DNA from: Nemertoderma westbladi
Taxonomy: Eukaryota > Animalia > Xenacoelomorpha
Assembly (NCBI GenBank): GCA_032718475.1
Contig: JAUCBJ010003548.1
Location: forward strand, 1 to 64,000
Reading direction: 5' to 3'
DNA: 64,000 nucleotides
A program made the position numbers and the translations under genes. Under the pieces are notes generated by a model. The model made no database searches. It was given only the letters and a program-made list of their open reading frames with translations, and was not told where the DNA came from. Numbering within the stretch: the stretch's first letter is position 1; each line of letters starts with the position of its first letter. Below are positions 35,715 through 46,077 of this stretch, piece after piece.

Positions 35715-38700
35715 TTAAGTTGGGGAGTCCCTAGATGTCGGTTGGATTAGGGAAGTGGTCGTGGGAAGAGTTTCTTGCCTTCCATAGTTTCCGGAGAGCT
35801 CTCTGTCTCTCTCCAGTAAACATAAACGTCCCACTGGGCGATTGAGCTGTTGAGTCTCAAAGACTATCCCTGGTTTCTTAAAGTTCCGCCGCATGACGAC
35901 GAGCTCTACTGATCGCACCAAACCATCGCTCGAGATATAAGTCTCGATGATACGTCCTGTTTGCCATCGCTTACGTGGGAGATCGGGGTCCACAATAAGC
36001 ACCATGTCTCCAGCGCTGACGTTTTCTTGCTGCGCAAACCACTTAGTTCGAAGTTGTAGAGTGGGCAGGTAATGTTTCTCGAAATGGTCAGCGAAACGAC
36101 GGGATAGCAACTGCATAAGTTGCCAGGTTCGACGGCAGTACTCGTCTCCGTCTGTGATCTCCGATTGCGGGAGCATGGCCACGGGTTTCTTCAGTAGGAA
36201 GTGCGCGGGTGTTAGCGCTTCCAGGGAATCAGGATTTGAAGAGACTGGCATAAGCGGTCTTTCGTTGAGATAGGCGGCGATTTCCTCCATTAACGTCCGC
36301 AATAGTTCGTCGGTGAGATAAGCGCGACAAGGCACAATAAAGTGGAACGCAGTCTTCACGCTCCTGATCAATCTCTCCCAACTTCCTCCCCACCAAGGGG
36401 CGTCGGCGGCGTTGAAGGTCCAGCTAGACGCTGTTATCCTTAGCTGATCGTCCACCTGTCTTTTGTTCCAGTCCTTTACGTAAGCTTGAATTTCGTTGTT
36501 GGCGCCAATGAAGTTCGTTCCCTTATCCGATCTCATCGTGTTACTGGTTCCGAAGCGGGCGATCTGTCGTCGTAAACTCAACACGAAGCTGTTGGTGGAT
36601 AGATCGTTTACCATATCGAGATGGATAGCTCTACAAGTCATACAAACGAAGATGACACACCATCTCTTGACTATAGTCCGGGCACGATATACTTCAATAG
36701 GGCCAAATAAATCCACACCGGTATTAGTAAAGGGTGGTTCATAGAAGCTTACTCTTTCCCTAGGTAATTCTGCCTCTCGCTGTGTTAAAGGCCTACTGAA
36801 TGCTTTCTTACAGGGTATGCAGTTCCTAAGAACTTGGTTCAGAGCCCTACGGGGTTTATAAAAATAGTAGCGAGTTCGAATTTCGCTCAGAACTCGTTCT
36901 CTACCAGCATGGTACAGTTTGCTATGAACATCTACAATCATCTTGATTTGTATATCAAGATTTCTAATGAGTATGGGAAACTTAGTGTCAAAGGATAATG
37001 GGGCGTTTGTTAATCTACCTCCAACACGTATTAACCCATCTATCATGGTACTAGAGAAGCGATCCCTTAAGCGCATCTGTGGATTTCTTAACAACAGGAA
37101 ATACTTATCGGAATCCTCATAGCATTGTAGGAGTCTCAGCATCTGTTTGTTGGTTTCATCATGCTCCTGGTAGCTGATCGTCTCCTTTAGAAACCTGTCG
37201 GGTATCTTGTATTTAGGAATATCTTTAATAACATGGACTCGTGCAGATGTTGATGGAGCGTCATCGCTATTGGTCTTTGTTCCGGAGTAACGATGATGAA
37301 AACATCGTTTCAAATAGGTAACAGCCTTACAGAGCCGATTCCAGGAACTGTAGTGACGTATCGCTCTCTGCAAGAGAGGTGAGAGTCCTTGCGAGATATC
37401 TGGTATTCCAGATTTCCAATCCTTGTCACGGATTTCCATGACTTCTTTCGTCGTGGCGGTGGGTTTCTGATCCAAAGCATCATCTCCGGAAGTAAATAAT
37501 ACAGATAGATCAACCGCAGGTTTAAACAACTTCGATTTACTCGCTCGAGTTTTGGGTTTAACTTTCTCCGCTCCCTTGGCCTGTCTGATCTCTGCTGTTG
37601 TGAGATGGGGTGGCCATTCTTCTTCTTCTCGGTAGAGAAAGTCGGGTCCACCTAACCATTTGGGAGTATTTACCAATTCCTTTGGAGTCGCTCCTCGGGA
37701 CGCGATGTCCGCTGGATTAATCGTTCCGGGGCAATGTCTCCATTGGTCCATCGTCGTGCGACTAAGTATGATGGCTACCCGGTTGGTAACGAAGACGCTG
37801 AACTGACAGACTTCATTGGTTATATACTCTAACACGAGTAAAGCGTCGGTCCAATAGACAGTTTTCTCTAACGTATAGTCAATCTGTTCGGTTACATTCC
37901 GGCCGATGGCTGTAGCGTATAGAGCCGCTTTTAACTCCGCTCGAGGAACTTTCAACTTGTTGTTGATTAATGCCTTAGAAGTAACCAAGGCGACTTTGAT
38001 TCCATCCGGAGTTTCCACTCTTAGGTAGGCTACTATACCGATTCCCATATCGCTGGCGTCTCCAAACACATGGAGTTGATAGGAATACGTAGGGAGAACA
38101 TGACCAAAATATGAACGGGAAATTATAAACTCCTCGATAGCCGGTAGAGAATCTTCCCATTTCATCCACTGCTTCAATAATTCCCCCTTAAGTGGATCGT
38201 CCCATGAGTGGTTTTCAAGCCACATTTGTTGTACCAAACTTCGAGCAATCAATATAACTGGGCTAATAAATCCCAATGGATCGAAATAAGTGCTCAGTAT
38301 ACTTAAGCAAATCCGTTTGGTTCGAACAGGATTATCTCGCTGTTTTAGTTGGAAAAACAGGATATCTCTCTCTGTGTCCCATTTCAAGCCGAGTGTCTTG
38401 GTTTCTGGCAGATCATCTTTGATCAAATCGAGATCTTTCGCTCCGCGATCTTCCGCAGGGATCGACTCCAGAAACTCACGGGAGTTGCTGGTGAATTTGG
38501 TTAATCGAAATCCACCTCTTTTTAAGCACTCTACCGTTCCCTTAGCGACCTCAATGGCTTCCTCAACTGATGGGAGGGACTTCAGATTGTCGTCCATGTA
38601 TATGTCTTTCTTGATGTTGTCGATCACTTCCTTAGAGAATGCCTCTCGGTTGTCCTCTGCAGTAGTACGCACTACAGAACAGGCATTGGAAGGGCTTGAG

Positions 38701-41700
38701 ATTATCCCAAAGGCCTGGATGGTCATCCAATACTCCACCGGTTTCTGGTTGAGGTCTTCTTCGGGCCACCATAGGAATCGTAGGCTATCTCGATCCCTAT
38801 CCAACACTTTGACTTGCAAGAACATGCCTTCTATATCTGAGGCGAAAGCAATCGAATATTGTCTCAGTCTTAAAAGAATTCCCAACAAAGATTGAAGCAA
38901 GTTGGGTCCGGGTAACAATTCAGAGTTAAGGGATTGACCCATGTAAAGAGCGGAGCCATCAAACACTACTCTCACTTCGTGTGGTTTACCGGGTTTAGGA
39001 ACGTAATGGTGAGTTAAATAATACGTTCTTTCAGTCACAGGTGTTTCTTCCGGTACTCTCTCCGCGTATCCCTTATTAATAAATTTTTCTAGCTGTGTTT
39101 GATACATGGCTTTCGCTGAAGAATTAGCCGTAAGGCGTCGATGGAGTTGCGCGATTCTTTTTTCCGCCAAAGGTCTGTTATTGATGAACTTCGGTTCTTT
39201 CTTGCGGAAAGGTAAACCGACTTCATACCTACCTTGATCTTTGAGGAAACATGTAGTTGTCTCTTGGATCTGCTTGGCCCTTTCCTCTTCCACCGACAAG
39301 GCTTTATCGTAGGAATTGGGCTCTACCGCCTCTTGCGTAAAGAATCGTACAGCATGTTCATCCCGAATCTTGGCATTATGACGCTCAACGACGTCATTTA
39401 ACTCGTCGTTATAAGCTTCTCGTTCAGATGGATAGAGAAGTTGACATAAGTTAACTTGATTTTGCCAAGCCTCGTTTTCCTTAAGGAGATCGATGGTATT
39501 CTCCTCATCAAAAAGCTGGTGAACATCGTCGTTATCTGAGGAGTATGGAATTCCCTCAGTGGAATTGTCTCCCTCACTAGCATCATCTTCCCATTCACTC
39601 ACCTTGTAGACTCTCTCTTGCGGTAGTCTTTCTCTGAGTGTTCTACGGGAAGGGCCAGTAAAGTACCAACCTACTCTAGTTCTTACCGCATAGGTCTGTA
39701 GGGGCTGCGGTTGAGCAGGCCGTTTCTCTAACGTCTCCAGCGCCTCATGCGCGTTTTGGCCGATGAGTATTTGCACTCCAGGATAATCAGTCTGGAATCG
39801 AGGTATGTTAAGATGTTGGATGCTCTCATCCTCGTCCCAATTATAAAGGTCTGCTTGAGTAGTAGCGAAGTTCTTTATAGCCACCATTTTCACTGACCTT
39901 ATGCTGTGTTCTCCTAGTTCGTCTTGTGGGGTGGACAACGCGCCTACATAATAATCAGCTGTTATTGTAGATTTCCAAACTTGCATTATGCCAGACATGT
40001 TGAGCTTAGTTTGGAACTTGAGTTGTCCAGCAAATATATCTTCGGCTAGCTCTTTGTCGATGAATGTTCCTGTACTACCGGAGTCGAGGAGGGCGTTCAC
40101 TACATAACTCCTCTTAGGTCCGTGAACCCTCACCTGCACCACAGGAAACTCTCGGATCCCTACATTTGAAGATGGCTCTTTCCAAGATGGTTGTCGCTCA
40201 GAAGTAGTTAGAGTAAAGTCGTTGTCTGGATCCTTTTCATATGTGAGTGCTCGATACACTGCGGTATTTATCATGTAACAGGATTCGTTTTCGTCGGAGA
40301 ACTCATCTGTATAGAATCCTTCCATCTCAGATTGATCAGTGTCGTTCACATCACTGAATTGGACATGTAACTCGGAATCACTTACCTGATTCGGACTATT
40401 TCGATCGAATTCAGCGTGCAACAAGATATGATGTTTCGCACCACACTTTGCACATCTTATGTCCGAGAAACAGGTACGCCGTTGGTGTCCTTGTCTGAGG
40501 CAATTATAACATAACCGCTTATCCCACATAACTTCGCGTCTCTCCGTTAATGATTTCTTTAGAAATTGATCACACCTATTCAAATAGTGGGTCCCGTCAC
40601 ACAGCGCACATTTTGGTTTGATGTTACTTACCTTATTCTGAGTCACATTGTGTACACTTGCCCTTTCTTCGGGTTTTCTCACCTGAATTCTCTTGGGAGA
40701 CGTGGGAGGAGTTTTTCTTACCTGTTCCCTCCTGTCATTTGTTCGAGACTTAAATTTACTTACCTGATCTTTAGGCATTTTATTCACGTAATAAGATCTA
40801 TCCGTGTCCTTCCCGCTATCTTCTCCTTGAGAAGTCTGGCTTTCGCCGTCATCGGTATAACATACTGGTGTTATTTTTCTCCTAGAGACGGGTTTTTCAC
40901 TTACCTTGTTTTCCGGTGTTTTCTCCCTAGACTGTTTCAGGAGCTGTAATTTCACTTCTCCATCTAGGAATGACATGAGATCAGCCATGGTAGGGTCTCG
41001 CCGTTGTTGTTCCATCATATATAACACTTTCTTATCCCAGCGTGTACCTACTCCACCTTTAGGTAAAGTAGAAGCCACTGCTCTAATAACCATAGTGTTC
41101 TGATACTCATGAGACTTACCTAGCCAGTCTAATTGTCTGCAGATCTCCTGGATCTCATCGGAAAACTCGATAATTCCGCTACTAATAAACTTTCGGGGCG
41201 CTACTAACTTGGCATACAAGTACCCAGCGATATTATTCCTATTACCATACCTGATGTTTAGTGTATCCCAAACTTGTCTTAATCCGTCTGGATGTCCAAT
41301 AAACTTTAACGCCATTAACTTGGGAGATCCTTCCAAGCACTCGATGAGGTATCTAAGTTTTTCTCCATTAGATAGTACAGAGTTCTGTATGTTATCTTTG
41401 TAATATTCATTAAAAGGTAACCATTTCATCTCATCTCCATTGAACTTGACGATCTCTCCAACCTTTACCGCTTGCCGGGCTTCGGTTCTAGCCATTTGAC
41501 GCGTAAAACTTTCTTGGGCCATCGTGCTATTTAATATCGAGTTATCGGTATATAAATTTCTCGGATTATGATCAGTTCTATAGGGAATATCATTATCAAC
41601 AGGTCTATAATTACCCTTAATAGGGTTCACTATAGGAGTTTCTACTTCGCTAGCAGTATATATGCGTGTAGGCTCCACACCTTGCGCATGCAATACTTCA

Positions 41701-43868
41701 GACCTAACGGGTTGACACATTGTTACAGAGGGTGGTGGTATACCTCTTTGAGTATTTACTAATTTATCGCGCTCTAGCGCGATACTTTGCTGCACTTCTT
41801 GCAACTCTAGTCTACTTTCCCTTACTGTGCCCTTGAATTGCTGGACAGTCTCCTGCATCTGCCCGAGCAGGATATCCATCCCCCGCCGTCTCTCGTCCAC
41901 CCATTCGACCGCCGAAGCTTGAGTCGCCAACGTTGTAGCGGGCGGACGAGGGACAACGGGCGACAAATTGTGAATATTTCGCTCGGGGTCCAGGACCTGA
42001 ACTGTCTCTTGGGCAGTTCTGCGGGGCACAGGTAGCTTAGTGCTATGCAGAGGGAATTTAGAGGTAGTTTCAGGGAGCACATGTGCGTCTATCACCGAAG
42101 GGGTGATTTCAAGAACAGGCCTAATTATTTCAGGCTCATCTACTATAGTAGGGAGTCTTTCTATTTTAATTATTTGGTCTGTGGGCTCTGTACTACCTAC
42201 TTTGGTGTTATTTAGTTGCCTTCTAACAGCTGGAGGCAAATCAGGCAATTTCTGCCGGTGGAATGTTCTTTTACGTCTGCTTAGGCGAGATCGATTTCCT
42301 CCGCCTTCGGTGTCGGTGGTATCGCCTTCCTCAGATGATGTATACCCCTGTCTCTTGGGAGTAGATCGACTCATCATCTGCATATTGCTCGCTGTTAACT
42401 GTTTATTGAAGTTGTCTTGCCTCTCTTGAAGATTTTCCAACTCTAGTTGGGTTGCCTCTTCAGATGCCCTCCGTTCTGCTTCTGCCACTGCCTCTGCTGT
42501 TTTTCTTTCGGCTTCTGCCGCTGCCACTGCTGCTGCCGCTTTCCTTTCCGCTTCGGCCTCTGCCACTGCTGCTGCTGCTTTCCTTTCCGCTTCGGCCTCT
42601 GCTGCCTTTCTTTCCGCTTCTGCCTCTGCCACTGCTGCTGCTGCCTTTCTTTCCGCTTCTGCCTCTGCCACTGCTGCTGCCACTGCCGCTGCCTTTCTAT
42701 CTTCTATACGTTTTTTCTTTACTTGTTCTTCTTGGTCTCTAGCGATGCGGAGTTGTTCATCGAATTTAGCTTGGTTCGCCGCTAACCTATCCACATCAAT
42801 TGCATCCAACACACGCTGGGCTCCTTCACTATTAGGGCTAAGCCCATCTAGTCTTCTCCGCAACTCTTCATCACCTACGAAACGCTGATAGTCTGACAGA
42901 TAGATGTCAATGGCATCCCTCTTATGCGGTTTCTCTGCCGTCGCTTCACTTTCCACTTGGGAAAAAGTAGCGTCTGTTGATTCTCCATGGGTTGAGCGCT
43001 CCTCCAACTGGGCTTTCCACTGAGCTGCTCCTTGAACCTGGCGACTCACCCGTTGAAACCAAGTCTTTACGGCAACTTGCAACGACGTGTCTTGTTTTCT
43101 TTTAGAAGCCTCCTCAAAGGCGGATAAGATTAGCCTAATCCGCAGAACTCTTTCTCTAACTTGATAAAGCAGCGATCCCTGCTCTTGAGGTCCTTGAGGT
43201 TGTTGAAAAAGTTGCTTTTCTATTCGCTCCATAGAGCTGAAGAATCCCTGTGCGTATCCGGCTGCGGACCTCTTCCACACAGCTGGATCGATGGTTTCCT
43301 TGGCTACTCCCATCCGGTGTATGTCTTCCCAGGCAGCTTCTGATAAATCAAACGGGAGTCCGGGTCCGGGGAAGTTCCATTGCGACTCGACAATAGACTT
43401 CAGTTCTTCACTAGTGTATCCCGCATAACTATCTCTAGTTGACCGTTGGCTTCTCGCCCAATCGATCTGGTGTTCTTCCACCGCGATCAATAACCCAGCA
43501 AGCACGGCTGCAGGAAGGATGAGAAGGGGATCCGTATAAACCGCATCCGTCATCTCTGCTCCGCTCTCGGGTGTCAGCTCTACAGTATCCTCACTACTGG
43601 AGCTGCTGGGCCGCTGAGGAATAAGTTCTTGACTAGTGGGTTGTTGCTGTTCCGCTGCCTTTTGGTCCCGCTTGACCTGAGCTCGAGTGCCTATGATAGA
43701 CCTACGATGTTGGACCAGCCTAGGTTCTGTTATTACTACTGGAGGGATGACCTTCCTCACAGTGGGAGGTGAACTGGATTTACGACCAGACGGTTGTACG
43801 TCTCTATCTGAGTCGCAGATAGTTACATCTAATAAACTGTCTGACAGGTTCTGCTTAGTATCAGACAT
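35715..43868 (-). CDS. BEL/Pao Gag-Pol polyprotein (2717 aa)
   Basis: DUF1759-type gag (FNGDEMKW..KLRYL), three Cys/His knuckles, protease ALLDSGS, RT (RVVFDGS, GPNL, DIEGMFLQ, YMDD), Pao RNase H (FGDAS, PRAEL, NPADIASRG), integrase (HAG..C..C, DLFGP, SDKGTNF, GGSWERL). Confidence 0.97.
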   Translation of the reverse strand: MSDTKQNLSDSLLDVTICDSDRDVQPSGRKSSSPPTVRKVIPPVVITEPRLVQHRRSIIGTRAQVKRDQKAAEQQQPTSQELIPQRPSSSSSEDTVELTPESGAEMTDAVYTDPLLILPAAVLAGLLIAVEEHQIDWARSQRSTRDSYAGYTSEELKSIVESQWNFPGPGLPFDLSEAAWEDIHRMGVAKETIDPAVWKRSAAGYAQGFFSSMERIEKQLFQQPQGPQEQGSLLYQVRERVLRIRLILSAFEEASKRKQDTSLQVAVKTWFQRVSRQVQGAAQWKAQLEERSTHGESTDATFSQVESEATAEKPHKRDAIDIYLSDYQRFVGDEELRRRLDGLSPNSEGAQRVLDAIDVDRLAANQAKFDEQLRIARDQEEQVKKKRIEDRKAAAVAAAVAEAEAERKAAAAVAEAEAERKAAEAEAERKAAAAVAEAEAERKAAAAVAAAEAERKTAEAVAEAERRASEEATQLELENLQERQDNFNKQLTASNMQMMSRSTPKRQGYTSSEEGDTTDTEGGGNRSRLSRRKRTFHRQKLPDLPPAVRRQLNNTKVGSTEPTDQIIKIERLPTIVDEPEIIRPVLEITPSVIDAHVLPETTSKFPLHSTKLPVPRRTAQETVQVLDPERNIHNLSPVVPRPPATTLATQASAVEWVDERRRGMDILLGQMQETVQQFKGTVRESRLELQEVQQSIALERDKLVNTQRGIPPPSVTMCQPVRSEVLHAQGVEPTRIYTASEVETPIVNPIKGNYRPVDNDIPYRTDHNPRNLYTDNSILNSTMAQESFTRQMARTEARQAVKVGEIVKFNGDEMKWLPFNEYYKDNIQNSVLSNGEKLRYLIECLEGSPKLMALKFIGHPDGLRQVWDTLNIRYGNRNNIAGYLYAKLVAPRKFISSGIIEFSDEIQEICRQLDWLGKSHEYQNTMVIRAVASTLPKGGVGTRWDKKVLYMMEQQRRDPTMADLMSFLDGEVKLQLLKQSREKTPENKVSEKPVSRRKITPVCYTDDGESQTSQGEDSGKDTDRSYYVNKMPKDQVSKFKSRTNDRREQVRKTPPTSPKRIQVRKPEERASVHNVTQNKVSNIKPKCALCDGTHYLNRCDQFLKKSLTERREVMWDKRLCYNCLRQGHQRRTCFSDIRCAKCGAKHHILLHAEFDRNSPNQVSDSELHVQFSDVNDTDQSEMEGFYTDEFSDENESCYMINTAVYRALTYEKDPDNDFTLTTSERQPSWKEPSSNVGIREFPVVQVRVHGPKRSYVVNALLDSGSTGTFIDKELAEDIFAGQLKFQTKLNMSGIMQVWKSTITADYYVGALSTPQDELGEHSIRSVKMVAIKNFATTQADLYNWDEDESIQHLNIPRFQTDYPGVQILIGQNAHEALETLEKRPAQPQPLQTYAVRTRVGWYFTGPSRRTLRERLPQERVYKVSEWEDDASEGDNSTEGIPYSSDNDDVHQLFDEENTIDLLKENEAWQNQVNLCQLLYPSEREAYNDELNDVVERHNAKIRDEHAVRFFTQEAVEPNSYDKALSVEEERAKQIQETTTCFLKDQGRYEVGLPFRKKEPKFINNRPLAEKRIAQLHRRLTANSSAKAMYQTQLEKFINKGYAERVPEETPVTERTYYLTHHYVPKPGKPHEVRVVFDGSALYMGQSLNSELLPGPNLLQSLLGILLRLRQYSIAFASDIEGMFLQVKVLDRDRDSLRFLWWPEEDLNQKPVEYWMTIQAFGIISSPSNACSVVRTTAEDNREAFSKEVIDNIKKDIYMDDNLKSLPSVEEAIEVAKGTVECLKRGGFRLTKFTSNSREFLESIPAEDRGAKDLDLIKDDLPETKTLGLKWDTERDILFFQLKQRDNPVRTKRICLSILSTYFDPLGFISPVILIARSLVQQMWLENHSWDDPLKGELLKQWMKWEDSLPAIEEFIISRSYFGHVLPTYSYQLHVFGDASDMGIGIVAYLRVETPDGIKVALVTSKALINNKLKVPRAELKAALYATAIGRNVTEQIDYTLEKTVYWTDALLVLEYITNEVCQFSVFVTNRVAIILSRTTMDQWRHCPGTINPADIASRGATPKELVNTPKWLGGPDFLYREEEEWPPHLTTAEIRQAKGAEKVKPKTRASKSKLFKPAVDLSVLFTSGDDALDQKPTATTKEVMEIRDKDWKSGIPDISQGLSPLLQRAIRHYSSWNRLCKAVTYLKRCFHHRYSGTKTNSDDAPSTSARVHVIKDIPKYKIPDRFLKETISYQEHDETNKQMLRLLQCYEDSDKYFLLLRNPQMRLRDRFSSTMIDGLIRVGGRLTNAPLSFDTKFPILIRNLDIQIKMIVDVHSKLYHAGRERVLSEIRTRYYFYKPRRALNQVLRNCIPCKKAFSRPLTQREAELPRERVSFYEPPFTNTGVDLFGPIEVYRARTIVKRWCVIFVCMTCRAIHLDMVNDLSTNSFVLSLRRQIARFGTSNTMRSDKGTNFIGANNEIQAYVKDWNKRQVDDQLRITASSWTFNAADAPWWGGSWERLIRSVKTAFHFIVPCRAYLTDELLRTLMEEIAAYLNERPLMPVSSNPDSLEALTPAHFLLKKPVAMLPQSEITDGDEYCRRTWQLMQLLSRRFADHFEKHYLPTLQLRTKWFAQQENVSAGDMVLIVDPDLPRKRWQTGRIIETYISSDGLVRSVELVVMRRNFKKPGIVFETQQLNRPVGRLCLLERDRELSGNYGRQETLPTTTSLIQPTSRDSPT

Positions 43869-46077
43869 GACTATGTATACCGTTGAATGTCTACTGCTGT
43901 ATTACAGTCTGAGTAAGTCTAATAACTCAGTATTAACTGCTAGCCTAGTAATTAATTACCGGTACTGCTACTCAGTGTAGCGTGATATATATATAATATA
44001 TTAGAATACCGGTATACTTATAGTATATATAACTATATAAGTATTATTACAGACTAGGTTTATCACAGAATACCGGTATAATTTTAGCACAAATATATAT
44101 AAATATATAATAGGCCTATCGGAAATACCGGTATACAGCTTACAATTTATAGTATATATAATTCTGGACTAGAATTAATTACAAGTACCGGTATAATTTC
44201 AGCCTAAATTTATAGAAATAAAGATAATAGGCCTATCGTAAATACCGGTATATCAATTATTTTAAATAATTGAATTTCTGTATTTTAGGGTTACTTGGTT
44301 ACTTACTTACTTTATTACTGTTATTTGAGCAGTAGTCCAACTGATATTGAGACCTAATTGTTATATGGTAGGCCTACTATTTATAAATCGTTAGATTTGA
44401 TTTATAATATATATATACCCGTTTTAATGGGTTTTGTCAATGTTTGAAATAAATGTTATTATTTCTGGGGGTAATCACTACACAAAGCGGTGCGCTTTCA
44501 ATGAAGTGTTACTTATGAGACACTAAAACAAATAATACTAATTTACCTAAATTACTTAATACTACAAATTACGTACAATTCGGGTTGAGATTACAATCTC
44601 TAAATAAACACAAAAATTTACAAAAACAAATACGAATTTTTAGGGTAATTTTACAAGAAGTCTACAAACCAGCCTAACAAAGGGTTAGATAACCGGTTAT
44701 TACAACGGACAGAGTACTACGGTATTTGAAATAATAAGTAGTAGTAAATACACTGCGTTGTCTAGATAGGAAAATACTACCGCCTGACGACCTATAGCCG
44801 TATCGCTATAGGTTCTACGTTATGTATCACGGAGTGTTCCTACCTAGAAGTTAATAGAGCTAATCGAATGTGCCTATCAACCACTTTACAACACAAATAT
44901 AATGCCTACACTAATTATTCTCGGAAAGCACTGTACACTAAACCCTAAATTAGGTACGAGTACTTGTACAACAGATAATCAGTAATTAAATATACTTGAA
45001 CAGCTAAAAGAACCACGGCATCTGCTGGAGTGACCGATGCACAAAATCACCAGTCTTTACCTACGCCAAGCAGCCCGTGTAGTACCGAGGTTAATTTAAC
45101 TATAGCGGTATGTATAACAAACACAATTACTGTAGGAACAAACTTGGGGACTTGAATGTTGCGAATAATCGCATAAACTCTGAATAATAAATATTACGCT
45201 ACGCGTACAAACTACTCAAACAAAATACAGACAGAACACTGACAGACTACTATCAAGCCTAAACAAACTACGGTATATGCAGACTCCGAAATGATTAGGG
45301 AGTATGCGCTCTAACCCAGTAGTGCGACTTATTCTTTAGTTGGGGGTTTACCTTACAGCGTTCGCTGCCCCTACTGCCTAATCGTACTTAATCGGACAGA
45401 TGATCTACACACGCGGCAATCCGTTCAGACTTAATAACAGCCAGACAACTATCCAGCCTACAAATTATTTAAATAAAATTATACGCTACCCGTACAGACT
45501 TACACAAACAAAGTACAGACTAAACGATGGCAGACTACTCTCAAGCCTAAATAAACCACAGGACATGCAGACTCCGAAATGATTAGGGAGTATGCGCTCT
45601 AACCCAGTAGTGCGACTTATTCTTTAGTTGGGGGTTTACCTTACCGCGTTCGCTGCCCCTACTGCCTAATCGTACTTAATCGGACAAGTGCTCTACACAC
45701 ACTGCAATTCGTTCGGACTTAACAGCAATCAGACAACAGCTCAGCCTACAAATCGTCTGTACAATCTGATCAGGCTTACACGCCTTCTGTTCAATACTGG
45801 CCTACAAATAAATAAAACTTGACAGAAATAAGTAAAATCTCAATAAAAAATCAGGGCGGCCGTTCCCTGATTAAGTACTAAGACCTACCGGTATACAACT
45901 ATCAAAATCGAATAATACTGCTGTACCTGTACTGCTGTAGGTACCGGTCCGAGTGGTTAGGTAGTCAGGCCTACTGGTACCGGTTCTGGCAGTTGGGCCT
46001 ACTGACCTACAGATGTACCGGTTGACCGGTACTTTCAACTTTATTGCTTACTGCAACAAAGAAGCTATATCCTTTAA

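Noticed and set aside
36496-43980. Plus-strand ORFs including Cys-rich and Leu/Pro-rich ones at 42447-42785
   Set aside because: Antisense shadows of gag-pol and its Ala/Glu repeat.
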